The notes beneath the pieces were generated by a model that worked only from the letters and a program-made list of their open reading frames with translations, was not told the origin of the DNA and searched no databases. Position numbers and translations under genes: made by a program. A stretch of 64,000 nt of DNA, from positions 2,464,001 to 2,528,000 of the forward strand of contig OY761614.1 of NCBI GenBank assembly GCA_963664825.1, in the 5' to 3' direction. This DNA comes from an uncultured Holophaga sp. (GTDB taxonomy: Bacteria; Acidobacteriota; Holophagae; Holophagales; Holophagaceae). How positions within the stretch are numbered: the first letter of the stretch is position 1; every line of letters starts with the position of its first letter. Shown piece by piece: positions 37,585 through 46,043 of the stretch.

Positions 37585-39540
37585 CTAACCCTTCAGTTCT
37601 TCGAAGCCGCAGAGGCGCCCCGCGAAGGCGCTGGCGGCGACCGTGGCGGGGCTGGCGAGCCAGACCTGACCGGGGCCGCTGCGGCCGGGGAAGTTGCGGT
37701 TCACGGCAGAGACTGTCACCTGATCGGCTCGGGTGCTGACCCCGGGGCCCGCATGGATGCAGGCCCCGCAGCTGGGGCCCAGGAGGCGGGCCCCCGCCTC
37801 CTCCAGGGCACTGATCCAGCCCATCTGGAGGGCATGGCGCCGCACGTCCTCGCTGCCGAATTGGATGAAGAACTGGACATGGAGGGGGACCGTGAGTCCA
37901 TGATCGAGGGCCCAGCGGACGACTTCGTAGACGCGCTCCAAGTCCTCGCGCTTGCCTCCGGTGCAGCTCCCCGCATAGGCGAGATCGATGTGGACCGGTG
38001 CGGCCAGATCCCGCAGGGCGATTCCGTTCCCGGGGTCCCCCGGCCGGGCGACCATGGCGAAGATTGCCTGGCAGTCGACCTCCAGGGTGTGGGCGAATTC
38101 CGCATCCGGGTCGCTCTGCATCCAGTCTTCGAGGGGGATATCCGAGTGGCGTCGTTCCCAGAGGAAACGCACCGTCTGGGCGTCCGGGGCCACGATGCCC
38201 GTGAATCCGCCGATCTCCGCGGCCATATTGGTGAGGGTCGCCCGTTCATCCGTATTGAGCCATTCCAGGGCCTCTCCCTGGTATTCCACCACATGGCCCA
38301 GGGCTCCGCCCTCCTGGATGAAGGGCAGGCGCAGCAGATGCAGGACGAGATCCTTGGCCGAAACGCCGGGTCGCAGGCGGTGGTTCAGCTTCACTCGCAG
38401 CGTGGGTGGCACCGTCACACGGACGTCTCCCGTAACGAAGGCGTTGGCGATATCTGTCGTGCCCACGCCGAAGGCGAGGCTTCCCAGGGCGCCACAGTGG
38501 GGCGTATGGGAATCCGTGCCGACGATCACCTGGCCTGGCATGGCGTAGCGCTCGGCCATGAGGATGTGGGAGATGCCCTCCGCGCTGCCGTCGGACTGCT
38601 CTCCATGGAGCCTGATATCGTGGCGGGCACAGAAGGCCTCCTGGGAATGCCTGAGGCGCTCGGCCACTTCCAGGAGTCCCTGGGCCTGGCGTTCCTCGTT
38701 CATCACCCGGTCCAGGAAATTGAGATGATCCCGGAAGGCCAGGATCCGCTGGGGATCCTTCAGCTTCACATGCTCGCCGAAGGCCTCCTGCAGGAAGCTG
38801 GCGGCCATGGGCGTCACGTACTCGTGGGAGAAACGCCAATGGGTGTTGACGAAGATGCCGTCCCCGGGCCTCACCGCTTCCACGCCGAGGGCCCCCGAGA
38901 CGGGATCTACAACGGTGTTGCGCGCCAGGATCTTCTCCACCAGCGTCATGGGGCGCTTCCCGTGCTGGGGCAGGGGCACCTGCAGCTCGCCCTTCATGCG
39001 GGCGCGATTGAAGGCGAAGAGGCCTCCCTGCTCCAGGATGGCGCGCGTGATGGGGTCGAGGCCGGCGGTGAGTTCCTCTATGGGGATGGATTCTCCCGCC
39101 CGGATGCGCGCGATCAGGCCGAAGTCTGTGCTGGTGAAGAGGCCCAGGTTCTGGCAGTTCTGCTGATAGGGGTGTTCGAAACTCTCGGCCAGGACGAGTC
39201 GGATACCCGCGCACCATTCGGCGTAGGGGCTGGCCTCCCGGCTGGAGCCCTTGCCGCGCCGCTTGCCGGCCACGCTCACCTGGAAGTGGCCCCGCTTCAC
39301 CGCGCCCTCGCTGATGGGGAACTGGTCCTCACACCTCAGGCCGATGTAGGGGAAGTCGCCCAGCCGCTCCTCGAAGAAGTAGCAGACCCAGTTCGGCGCG
39401 ATCTCGTCGGCCCCGATCTGGTCCCTCAGGGGCAGGGCCTCTTCCAGCGAGAGATCCTCTCCCGCCAGCTGCCGCTGGAGCTTATCGGGATCCCCGCACA
39501 GGAAGAGAACCCGCCCCTGGATTTTCACCGCAATGGACAT
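37585..39540 (-). CDS. Aconitase-family [4Fe-4S] hydro-lyase; swivel (LeuD-like) domain fused N-terminal to LeuC-like domain
   Basis: N-terminal G.GSSRE..P, AESF, GGL; then MTLVEKIL, DH, GISH, GTDSHT, GSCTGG, CGAC, NRNFPGR.G, LASPATVAASA. Confidence 0.9.
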   Translation of the reverse strand: MSIAVKIQGRVLFLCGDPDKLQRQLAGEDLSLEEALPLRDQIGADEIAPNWVCYFFEERLGDFPYIGLRCEDQFPISEGAVKRGHFQVSVAGKRRGKGSSREASPYAEWCAGIRLVLAESFEHPYQQNCQNLGLFTSTDFGLIARIRAGESIPIEELTAGLDPITRAILEQGGLFAFNRARMKGELQVPLPQHGKRPMTLVEKILARNTVVDPVSGALGVEAVRPGDGIFVNTHWRFSHEYVTPMAASFLQEAFGEHVKLKDPQRILAFRDHLNFLDRVMNEERQAQGLLEVAERLRHSQEAFCARHDIRLHGEQSDGSAEGISHILMAERYAMPGQVIVGTDSHTPHCGALGSLAFGVGTTDIANAFVTGDVRVTVPPTLRVKLNHRLRPGVSAKDLVLHLLRLPFIQEGGALGHVVEYQGEALEWLNTDERATLTNMAAEIGGFTGIVAPDAQTVRFLWERRHSDIPLEDWMQSDPDAEFAHTLEVDCQAIFAMVARPGDPGNGIALRDLAAPVHIDLAYAGSCTGGKREDLERVYEVVRWALDHGLTVPLHVQFFIQFGSEDVRRHALQMGWISALEEAGARLLGPSCGACIHAGPGVSTRADQVTVSAVNRNFPGRSGPGQVWLASPATVAASAFAGRLCGFEELKG

Positions 39541-39620
39541 GGTGCCAGGATCGCACAAACACCCCCTGGTACGCACGAAGGCCTCCGGTTTCGGAGGCCT
39601 TCTGGGAAAAGAAAGAGGGG

Positions 39621-39968
39621 CTACTCCCCTTCGCTTTCGAGTTTGTCGGAGAGTTCATCGAGGTGGGCCAGGAGGCGCTTGGCCATGTCCTCATCTTCCA
39701 GGATGGAGAAGTCGTCGTCCTTCACCTCGAAGATCTCGATATTGAGATTGGGATCCTCCGGGGCATTCTCGTCTTCGGTATAGGCCTGGACCTCGGCGAG
39801 GGGGGCCATGATGCAGAAGTGGCGACCCTCGAAGTCGAGTTCGTCGAGGACGGCAAACTCTTCCTTTTCTCCATTCTCGTCCTCGAGTTCGACGACCTCG
39901 ATTTCCTGCTCTTCGTGGTCGTGATCGTGGTCGCAGTCAGGTCCGTGGACGTGCTTCTCTTGGGCCAT
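39621..39968 (-). CDS. DUF1292 family acidic protein
   Basis: His-rich N-terminus HVHGPDCDHDHDHE; L.DENGE..EF.VLD...FEG. Confidence 0.8.
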   Translation of the reverse strand: MAQEKHVHGPDCDHDHDHEEQEIEVVELEDENGEKEEFAVLDELDFEGRHFCIMAPLAEVQAYTEDENAPEDPNLNIEIFEVKDDDFSILEDEDMAKRLLAHLDELSDKLESEGE

Positions 39969-40038
39969 TCCGGGCTCCTTGCAAGAGTCCTAGATTAAGC
40001 CATGGCCCCCTCGCCTTCCAGGGGAAATTCCTGGGTTC

Positions 40039-40737
40039 CTAGGAACCCCAATCCACCCGGGCCTCGCCTGAACCCGTCACCACGGCCTGGACCCATTTCC
40101 GCGTGGGCAGTTCCACCCGGATCTTGTCGCCCATGGCTCCGGGCCCCCTGGCTGTGGCATCCGCCGAGATGATCAGGGAACCCGATTTGACGGAGAGCCG
40201 CACGCGCTCCCCGGCGTTGACCAGGGGGATGGGCTCCAGATCCGCCTGAGTCAGGGTGTGGCCCGTGGCGACGGCATTGCGCAGGCGGTAGCCTGCGGGA
40301 AAGCTCGTGAGGGCGCCCGTGGGCGGGTTTCCTTCGAAATTGATCTCCTCCAGCTGATCCTCGGTGGGCACGGTTTTGCGCCTCAGGGGTTCGGTCACCT
40401 TCAGGAGCTTGCCCGTCCAGCGCCCTTCGAGTTCAATGCGGGTGCTGCCGGCCAGGCGTCCATCGACCCGGACCCTGAAGACGGCGAAGAAGGCGCCCGT
40501 GGGTTCCCGCTTGCTCAGATAGGAAGGCTCGAACTGGACCTCTGTGCCCTTCATCCGGGGCAGGAGGGGGGGCTTGGTGGCGCGGATCACGTATTGACCC
40601 GCGCTGCCCTTGGCCTGGGCCTGGGCATATTCGACGGCCTCCCGGGCCAGGCGCTCGGGAAGGGGCAGGGCCTTCTCGTCGTCCCCGGCCGAAAGGACCA
40701 GGCAGGCGAAAAGGAGGAGGGCGGTCGGGAGTCTCAT
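40039..40737 (-). CDS. flgA: Flagellar basal-body P-ring formation chaperone
   Basis: Signal peptide; C-terminal LV..GE.V......G.L.I...A.A...G..GD.I.V; follows flgG. Confidence 0.85.
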   Translation of the reverse strand: MRLPTALLLFACLVLSAGDDEKALPLPERLAREAVEYAQAQAKGSAGQYVIRATKPPLLPRMKGTEVQFEPSYLSKREPTGAFFAVFRVRVDGRLAGSTRIELEGRWTGKLLKVTEPLRRKTVPTEDQLEEINFEGNPPTGALTSFPAGYRLRNAVATGHTLTQADLEPIPLVNAGERVRLSVKSGSLIISADATARGPGAMGDKIRVELPTRKWVQAVVTGSGEARVDWGS

Positions 40738-40742
40738 GACGG

Positions 40743-41531
40743 TTAGCGCTTGAGGTTGGTCACGGTCTGCAGCATCGAATCGACGGTCTGGATGGTCTTG
40801 GAATTGGCTTCGTAGGCCCGCTGGCCGATGATCATGTTCACCATCTCCTCGGCCACGTCCACGTTGGACATCTCCAGGAAACCCTGCTGGATCGTTCCCA
40901 GCCCGTCCAGGCCCGGCGTGCCTTCGATGGCGTCTCCGCTGGCCAGTGTGGGCTGGACGAGGTTGTGCCCCAGTTGATTGAGTCCGGTGGGATTGATGAA
41001 CTTCACTAGGGTGATCTGGCCCACCTGCTGGGGCTGGGTCTGGCCGGGCTGGGTCACGCTCACGGTGCCATCGGCGGCGATGGTGACGCTGGTGGCGTCC
41101 TGGGGGACGGTGATCTGAGGATCCATGGCGTAGCCACTGGCGGTGACCAGGGCGCCATTCTGATCGACGGAAAAGGCACCATCCCGGGTGTAGGCCTGGG
41201 TGCCATCGGGCATGGTGACCCGGAAGAACCCGTCGCCCTCGATGGCCATATCGAAGCGGCCCCCGGTGGTGCGGAAGTTCCCGGTGGTGTACTGGTGCAC
41301 CACGCTCTGGAGCCTGGCCCCGTGGCCCAATTGGATGCCCGCGGGCAGCGTGGTGCTATTGGAGCTGCTGGTGCCCGCCAGATTGATGGTCTGGTAGAGC
41401 AGATCCTGGAACTCGGCCCGGGCCTTCTTGAAACCCGTGGTGTTGGTGTTGGCCAGGTTGTTGGAGATGGTGTCCATATTGGATTGCTGGACGGACATTC
41501 CGGCGGCTGCAGACCACATTGCTCTCATCAT
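40743..41531 (-). CDS. flgG: Flagellar distal rod protein
   Basis: ISNNLAN.NTTGFKK.RAEFQDLLYQ, YTRDGAF, QGFLEMSNVDVAEEMVNMI..QRAYE.NSK. Confidence 0.97.
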   Translation of the reverse strand: MMRAMWSAAAGMSVQQSNMDTISNNLANTNTTGFKKARAEFQDLLYQTINLAGTSSSNSTTLPAGIQLGHGARLQSVVHQYTTGNFRTTGGRFDMAIEGDGFFRVTMPDGTQAYTRDGAFSVDQNGALVTASGYAMDPQITVPQDATSVTIAADGTVSVTQPGQTQPQQVGQITLVKFINPTGLNQLGHNLVQPTLASGDAIEGTPGLDGLGTIQQGFLEMSNVDVAEEMVNMIIGQRAYEANSKTIQTVDSMLQTVTNLKR

Positions 41532-41559
41532 GGCTATGGCTCCTTGGTGGAAATTGAAC

Positions 41560-42303
41560 TTACTGCCCTCTGGCGACGTCGTTGATGCTGCGGGAGTCCA
41601 GATCATTGGTGATCGTGGAAGCCACCTTGAGGCTCATCTCGAAGAGACGGTTCAGGCGGATCATGTCGACCATCGTGCTGGCCATGTCCACAGAGCTCTG
41701 TTCCAGCTGACCCTGGGTCACGGTGGCCGTGGCGGGCGCTTCCTCCATGCCTGTGGGATCGTAGCGGCCCGAGCCCACCCGGGGCAGGGCCGCCGGCGTC
41801 TTGTAGGCCTTCAGATCCAGCTGGCCCAGCACGGTCTGCCCCTGCTGAAGGGTGCCATCGGATCCGATGGTGAAGGCTCCGCCCTGGGGGTTGATTTGAA
41901 GCGCTTGGCCCTTTTTGCCTAGCACGGCCAGGCCATCCAGGGTCTGGAGTTCGCCCTTGGGGCCCAGTTTGAAGCGCCCATCGCGGGTGGCCTGGGGGCC
42001 CTGGGCGGTCTGGACCATGAAGAAGGCGTTGCCCTCGATGGCCAGATCCAGGCTGCGGCCCGTGGCCTTGAAGGCGCCCTGGGAGAAGTCCATCCCCCGC
42101 TGGGCCAGGACCGTGCCGTCATTGACCGACTGGGTGAGGGGCAGGTTACGACCGCTGCTCTGGGCCTTGTTGAACACGGAGAAGAAGCTCCGCTCCGTCT
42201 TGTAGCCCACGGTGCTGGTGTTGGCCAGATTATTGGACAGGGTCTCCAGCTGGAAGGACCTAGCCTTCAGGCTGCCAGCGGCGACGTAGTATGCAGGATC
42301 CAT
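41560..42303 (-). CDS. flgF: Flagellar basal-body rod protein
   Basis: SNNLAN.ST.GYK, DFSQG....TGR.LDLAI.G..FF, TRDGRF, LEQS.V....MVDMI...R.FE. Confidence 0.88.
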   Translation of the reverse strand: MDPAYYVAAGSLKARSFQLETLSNNLANTSTVGYKTERSFFSVFNKAQSSGRNLPLTQSVNDGTVLAQRGMDFSQGAFKATGRSLDLAIEGNAFFMVQTAQGPQATRDGRFKLGPKGELQTLDGLAVLGKKGQALQINPQGGAFTIGSDGTLQQGQTVLGQLDLKAYKTPAALPRVGSGRYDPTGMEEAPATATVTQGQLEQSSVDMASTMVDMIRLNRLFEMSLKVASTITNDLDSRSINDVARGQ

Positions 42304-42326
42304 CTGGGCACCTCTCGCCCATATAG

Positions 42327-42342
42327 AGCCAAAGCCGTGCCA
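42327..42342 (-). promoter_or_regulatory. Sigma54 (-24/-12) promoter of flgFGA
   Basis: TGGCACGGCTTTGGCT versus consensus TGGCACG-N4-TTGCW; GG and GC correctly spaced, 23 nt before the flgF ATG. Confidence 0.7.
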
Positions 42343-42356
42343 AGCCTAACTGGCCT

Positions 42357-42794
42357 TTAGGTCTTGGACCTCCGGCCTTCGCCCTCCACCCAGGCTTCCC
42401 GCCCCTCGGCATAGCGTTCCCGCTTCCAGATGGGCACGCACGCTTTGATTCGGTCCATGATCCAGAGGGCGGCTTCGAAGGCCTCCTTGCGATGGACTGA
42501 AGCGGTGACCACGACCACGGCGGCTTCGGTGAGGGGTACCGGGCCGATGCGGTGATGGATCAGGCAGCGCAGCAGGCTGAAGCGCTCCAGGGCCTCGGCC
42601 CGGAGCCTTTCGAGTTCGGCCACGGCCATGGGGACATAGGCCTCATAGGCGAGGCCCTCGACATCAAGCCCTGCGTGATGATCCCGGGCGCAGCCTTCGA
42701 AGACTACGATGGCGCCTGCGCCAGGATCCGTGGCCTCGGCCCGGAGCCTGGGCGGGTCCAGGGGTGCCTCAATCACGGCCACGGGTGCCATCAT
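42357..42794 (-). CDS. moaE: Molybdopterin synthase catalytic subunit
   Basis: [33 protein letters not shown]. Confidence 0.93.
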   Translation of the reverse strand: MMAPVAVIEAPLDPPRLRAEATDPGAGAIVVFEGCARDHHAGLDVEGLAYEAYVPMAVAELERLRAEALERFSLLRCLIHHRIGPVPLTEAAVVVVTASVHRKEAFEAALWIMDRIKACVPIWKRERYAEGREAWVEGEGRRSKT

Positions 42795-42921
42795 TCCCTC
42801 AGAACCTCCCCCGGGTAGCGTGCCACAATTCCGCCCCTCTGGGCCGTCCAGGCTCCTGATCGACTCCTCCGAGGGATTTGACGGGGCGATCCTTTTTCGG
42901 GATGGTGGGACTGGAGCTTCC

Positions 42922-43383
42922 ATGTCCCTGCATCCGAAGGTCGAACTCTACTGCGATGGCGCCTGCCTGGGAAACCCCGGCCCCGGGGGCTGGGCCTACC
43001 TGCTCCGGTTCCGCACGGCCACCGGCGCCAAGGAGAAGGAAGGATCGGGGGGGGATCTGGAGACCACCAACAACCGCATGGAACTCCTGGCCGCCATCCG
43101 GGGTCTGGAATCCCTGGCCAAGCCCTGCGAGGTCGAGCTCTTCTCCGATAGCCAGTACGTGGTCAAGGGCATCACCAGCTGGCTGGCGGGTTGGAAGCGT
43201 GCGGGGTGGCGGAAGGCCGACAAACAGCCGGTCCTGAATGCCGAAATCTGGCAGGTCCTGGATGCTCAGCTTCAGCGGCATCGCGTGAAGGCCGCCTGGG
43301 TGCGGGGCCATGCCGGGCATGCGGAGAACGAGCGGGTGGATACCCTGGCCCGGGAAGCCGCCGAAAAAATGGCCCGGGGTTGA
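42922..43383 (+). CDS. rnhA: Ribonuclease HI
   Basis: [43 protein letters not shown]. Confidence 0.97.
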   Translation: MSLHPKVELYCDGACLGNPGPGGWAYLLRFRTATGAKEKEGSGGDLETTNNRMELLAAIRGLESLAKPCEVELFSDSQYVVKGITSWLAGWKRAGWRKADKQPVLNAEIWQVLDAQLQRHRVKAAWVRGHAGHAENERVDTLAREAAEKMARG

Positions 43384-43413
43384 CCCGGGCCATTCCAGGA
43401 AAGGGATTGTCGA

Positions 43414-45243
43414 CTACCTCGGCTTGCCGAAGTTGTAATCCACGGTGAGCCAGGCGTTGACGGCCTTGCCGCCCCGGGTGGCGGGGGCGTAGGCACTCTC
43501 GTAGGCGGCCTGCTTGGCCGCGTCGTTGTAGCCGACGGCGCTATCGACGCCCTTATCGATGACGACCTTCACGGGCCTTCCGCTGGCGTCCACGTAGACC
43601 TTCACGGAAACGTGGATATCGCTGCCCCGGAGGGAAGGGGGCAGGAAATTCTTGTTGAGGAGGCGGGGTTGGTTGGGCGCGGCGCGCCGGGTCATGAAGG
43701 CCGAGGTCTCTGGAACCGCGGCAGCGGCCTGGGGCTGAGGCGCGGGTTGGGCTTGGGGCTGAGGAGCGGCTTGGACGGCCTGCTGGGGTGCCGGAATGGC
43801 GCTGGGCTGGTTCTTGGGAAGACTCCGCGGGAGCTGGCCGGGATTGAGTTGGGCGGGCAGGTTAGAGGGGGGCAGGGCGGTGGGGGGTGGGGCCATGGGG
43901 CGAGCCTGGGCCTGGGCCTGGCGCGCCGTCGCCTGTTGGGCCTGTTGCTGGGTCTCCACCTTCTTCCGCTGCAGATCAGCCTGCTGTTTGTTGGCTTCGT
44001 CCAGTTTGGCCTGGGCCTTTTTCTTTTCCTCGGTGGTCTTGGCTTCCTTCAGCTCCTTACCGGCCTCCTCTTTCTTGCTCTGGGCCAGTTGTTCCTGACG
44101 GTTGATATCGGCCAGCTTGGCGGTGAATTCCGCATTCTCCCGCTGGGCCATGGCCAGTTCTTCGGTCCTCTTGTTCAAGGCCTTGGAATCGGAGCAGGAT
44201 TTAAAGCCGAGGATGCCCACCAGCGCGGCCACGCCCACGCCGCCCCAGACGACGAACTTGGTGTAGCTCTTCCCGCCGACCGTCTCGAAGAGCTTACCTT
44301 GGCTGGGTTCGCTCTCCAGGAAGGGGGAGAAATCCGCGGTCTGGTCGGCCTTCATGGCCTGGGTATCGAACTCATTTTCCTCACGAAAGAGGGTGTGCAT
44401 GAAGAAGGCCATATTGAAGGTCGTCGGGCTGTAGTCGCCGTCGTAGAGCACCCGCTCCAGTTCTGAACTCAGTGCGCTGGGGCTCTCGAAGACCTTGTCC
44501 ACTCCCAGCAGGCGCTTCAGGAGGGCCAGGATCTCCTGGGGGACGGGCTCATCCTCCTGGGCGGCCTTGAGCGTGGTCTTGGCCAATGTCGGGGAGAGCA
44601 GTTCGGGGCTGGGGAGCTTGTCCAGGGTCAGGAGCTCGTAGAACACCGCCCCCAAGGCGAAGAGATCATTCTGGAGGGGGGTCGTTCCGGCCGCGCTGCG
44701 ATAGCGGGAAAGGGTCGCCGAGGCGATGGGGCACTTGGGAAGCAGCGCCTGGAGGCTGGCGGCGATGGGGGCGTCCAGGAGTTCCGTGGCACCCTCGAAG
44801 CTGACCCACACGCTATGGGGCGACAAGGTGCCGTGGCTCACACCCTTGGCGTGGAGCTGAATCAACGACTGGGCCACGCCCTGGAGTACGGAGAGCGCGT
44901 GATCGACGCCCAGGGGAATCTGCTCATGCTTGGCCTTTTCCAGCATCTGGGCCAGGCTGCGGCCCTGAATGTAATCGCAGACCACATGCGGCGTGCGGCC
45001 GCCCTCGACCTTGTAGCCGTGGCCGAAGCCGCGCTGGCCGGCAAGCAGAGAGACCACCCGATGGACCTCCTCGGTGCGGGCGCCGATGCCGGCTTCGATG
45101 ACTTCCTCGGTGAAGGTCCGGATGAGCACGTGGTGCTCGAAGCTGCTGCCGGAGAGACTGAGGCCCCGATGGATCTTCCCGAAGGGATCCGCGGCGAGTT
45201 CATTGGCCAGCAGATAGTTACCGAGTCGGGTGTAGGAGGCCAT
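43414..45243 (-). CDS. Membrane pseudokinase fused to a TonB C-terminal-like domain
   Basis: Degenerate Hanks kinase (HGTLSPHSV, DLFALG.VFYELLT), TM helix, coiled coil, Pro/Gln linker, TonB_C-like V.VYVD.SG....V...AA..A......PA...G..V. Confidence 0.75.
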   Translation of the reverse strand: MASYTRLGNYLLANELAADPFGKIHRGLSLSGSSFEHHVLIRTFTEEVIEAGIGARTEEVHRVVSLLAGQRGFGHGYKVEGGRTPHVVCDYIQGRSLAQMLEKAKHEQIPLGVDHALSVLQGVAQSLIQLHAKGVSHGTLSPHSVWVSFEGATELLDAPIAASLQALLPKCPIASATLSRYRSAAGTTPLQNDLFALGAVFYELLTLDKLPSPELLSPTLAKTTLKAAQEDEPVPQEILALLKRLLGVDKVFESPSALSSELERVLYDGDYSPTTFNMAFFMHTLFREENEFDTQAMKADQTADFSPFLESEPSQGKLFETVGGKSYTKFVVWGGVGVAALVGILGFKSCSDSKALNKRTEELAMAQRENAEFTAKLADINRQEQLAQSKKEEAGKELKEAKTTEEKKKAQAKLDEANKQQADLQRKKVETQQQAQQATARQAQAQARPMAPPPTALPPSNLPAQLNPGQLPRSLPKNQPSAIPAPQQAVQAAPQPQAQPAPQPQAAAAVPETSAFMTRRAAPNQPRLLNKNFLPPSLRGSDIHVSVKVYVDASGRPVKVVIDKGVDSAVGYNDAAKQAAYESAYAPATRGGKAVNAWLTVDYNFGKPR

Positions 45244-45302
45244 CGAGTGCTCCAATAAAGAGATGCTTGGAAGATAACTCTGATTAGGAAGAATTCCTAG
45301 AT

Positions 45303-45980
45303 CTAGGAGGGCGTTTCCCAAAGGTCACCCACGGCACGCCAGGTCTGGATCCAGATATTGGCTGTGGCGTTGACGCCGTTGGAAAAGGAGAGCTGAAGCT
45401 GGGCGAAGGGGACCGAAAGGGTGTCCCAGGGGCCCTTGGGCCTTCCCGAAGTCTCGTCGAAGCATTCCAGCAGCATCCGGTGGCGCTCCCACTTGGTCTT
45501 CGACCAGTCCAGCAGGGCGGGCCTCGGATCCAGGGGGGCCGTGACGGCCCAGAAGGCTTCCCGGCTCACCACCAGGCGCCGCAGATGCTCGTCGCCATAA
45601 GCCTGGAACCGTTCCCGGAGGGGCGTCATGCCTCGGTTGGCCGAAGGGTCGGTGAGGAGCTGGACCATGTGAGCCAGGGTTCCCAGCTCCCGGACCAGTT
45701 GGGCGGGCCTGCGATGCTCCTCGCTCATGCGGACGACGCGTCGGAACTGTTCTTCCACCTCCTCGACCGTGGGAGCCTGGTCGCTGGAGATACCCCGGGC
45801 CCCCTGGGCGAGCTCAAGGGGGTGGGCCCGCAGATACACCGCCATGCCGCCGGGGAGGAGACCCGTGGCGAATTCCGTCTGGGCTTCATGGAAGCGGGGG
45901 CTCCAGGCCTGAAGGGCGCAGGGCACGGCCAGGGCTGCCGAGAGGAGGGCGGGGAGCAGGCGGCGGGGCATTGAAATCAC
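45303..45980 (-). CDS. Secreted hypothetical protein, possible phospholipase C / P1 nuclease-like fold
   Basis: Signal peptide followed by W...H (AWSPRFH) and LG.LAH.V..L.DP. Confidence 0.6.
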   Translation of the reverse strand: MISMPRRLLPALLSAALAVPCALQAWSPRFHEAQTEFATGLLPGGMAVYLRAHPLELAQGARGISSDQAPTVEEVEEQFRRVVRMSEEHRRPAQLVRELGTLAHMVQLLTDPSANRGMTPLRERFQAYGDEHLRRLVVSREAFWAVTAPLDPRPALLDWSKTKWERHRMLLECFDETSGRPKGPWDTLSVPFAQLQLSFSNGVNATANIWIQTWRAVGDLWETPS

Positions 45981-46043
45981 GGGACCTCGCAGGTGGGAAG
46001 CTTATAGGTTAACCCCTCGGACCACCTTGGCTACACTTCCCGG

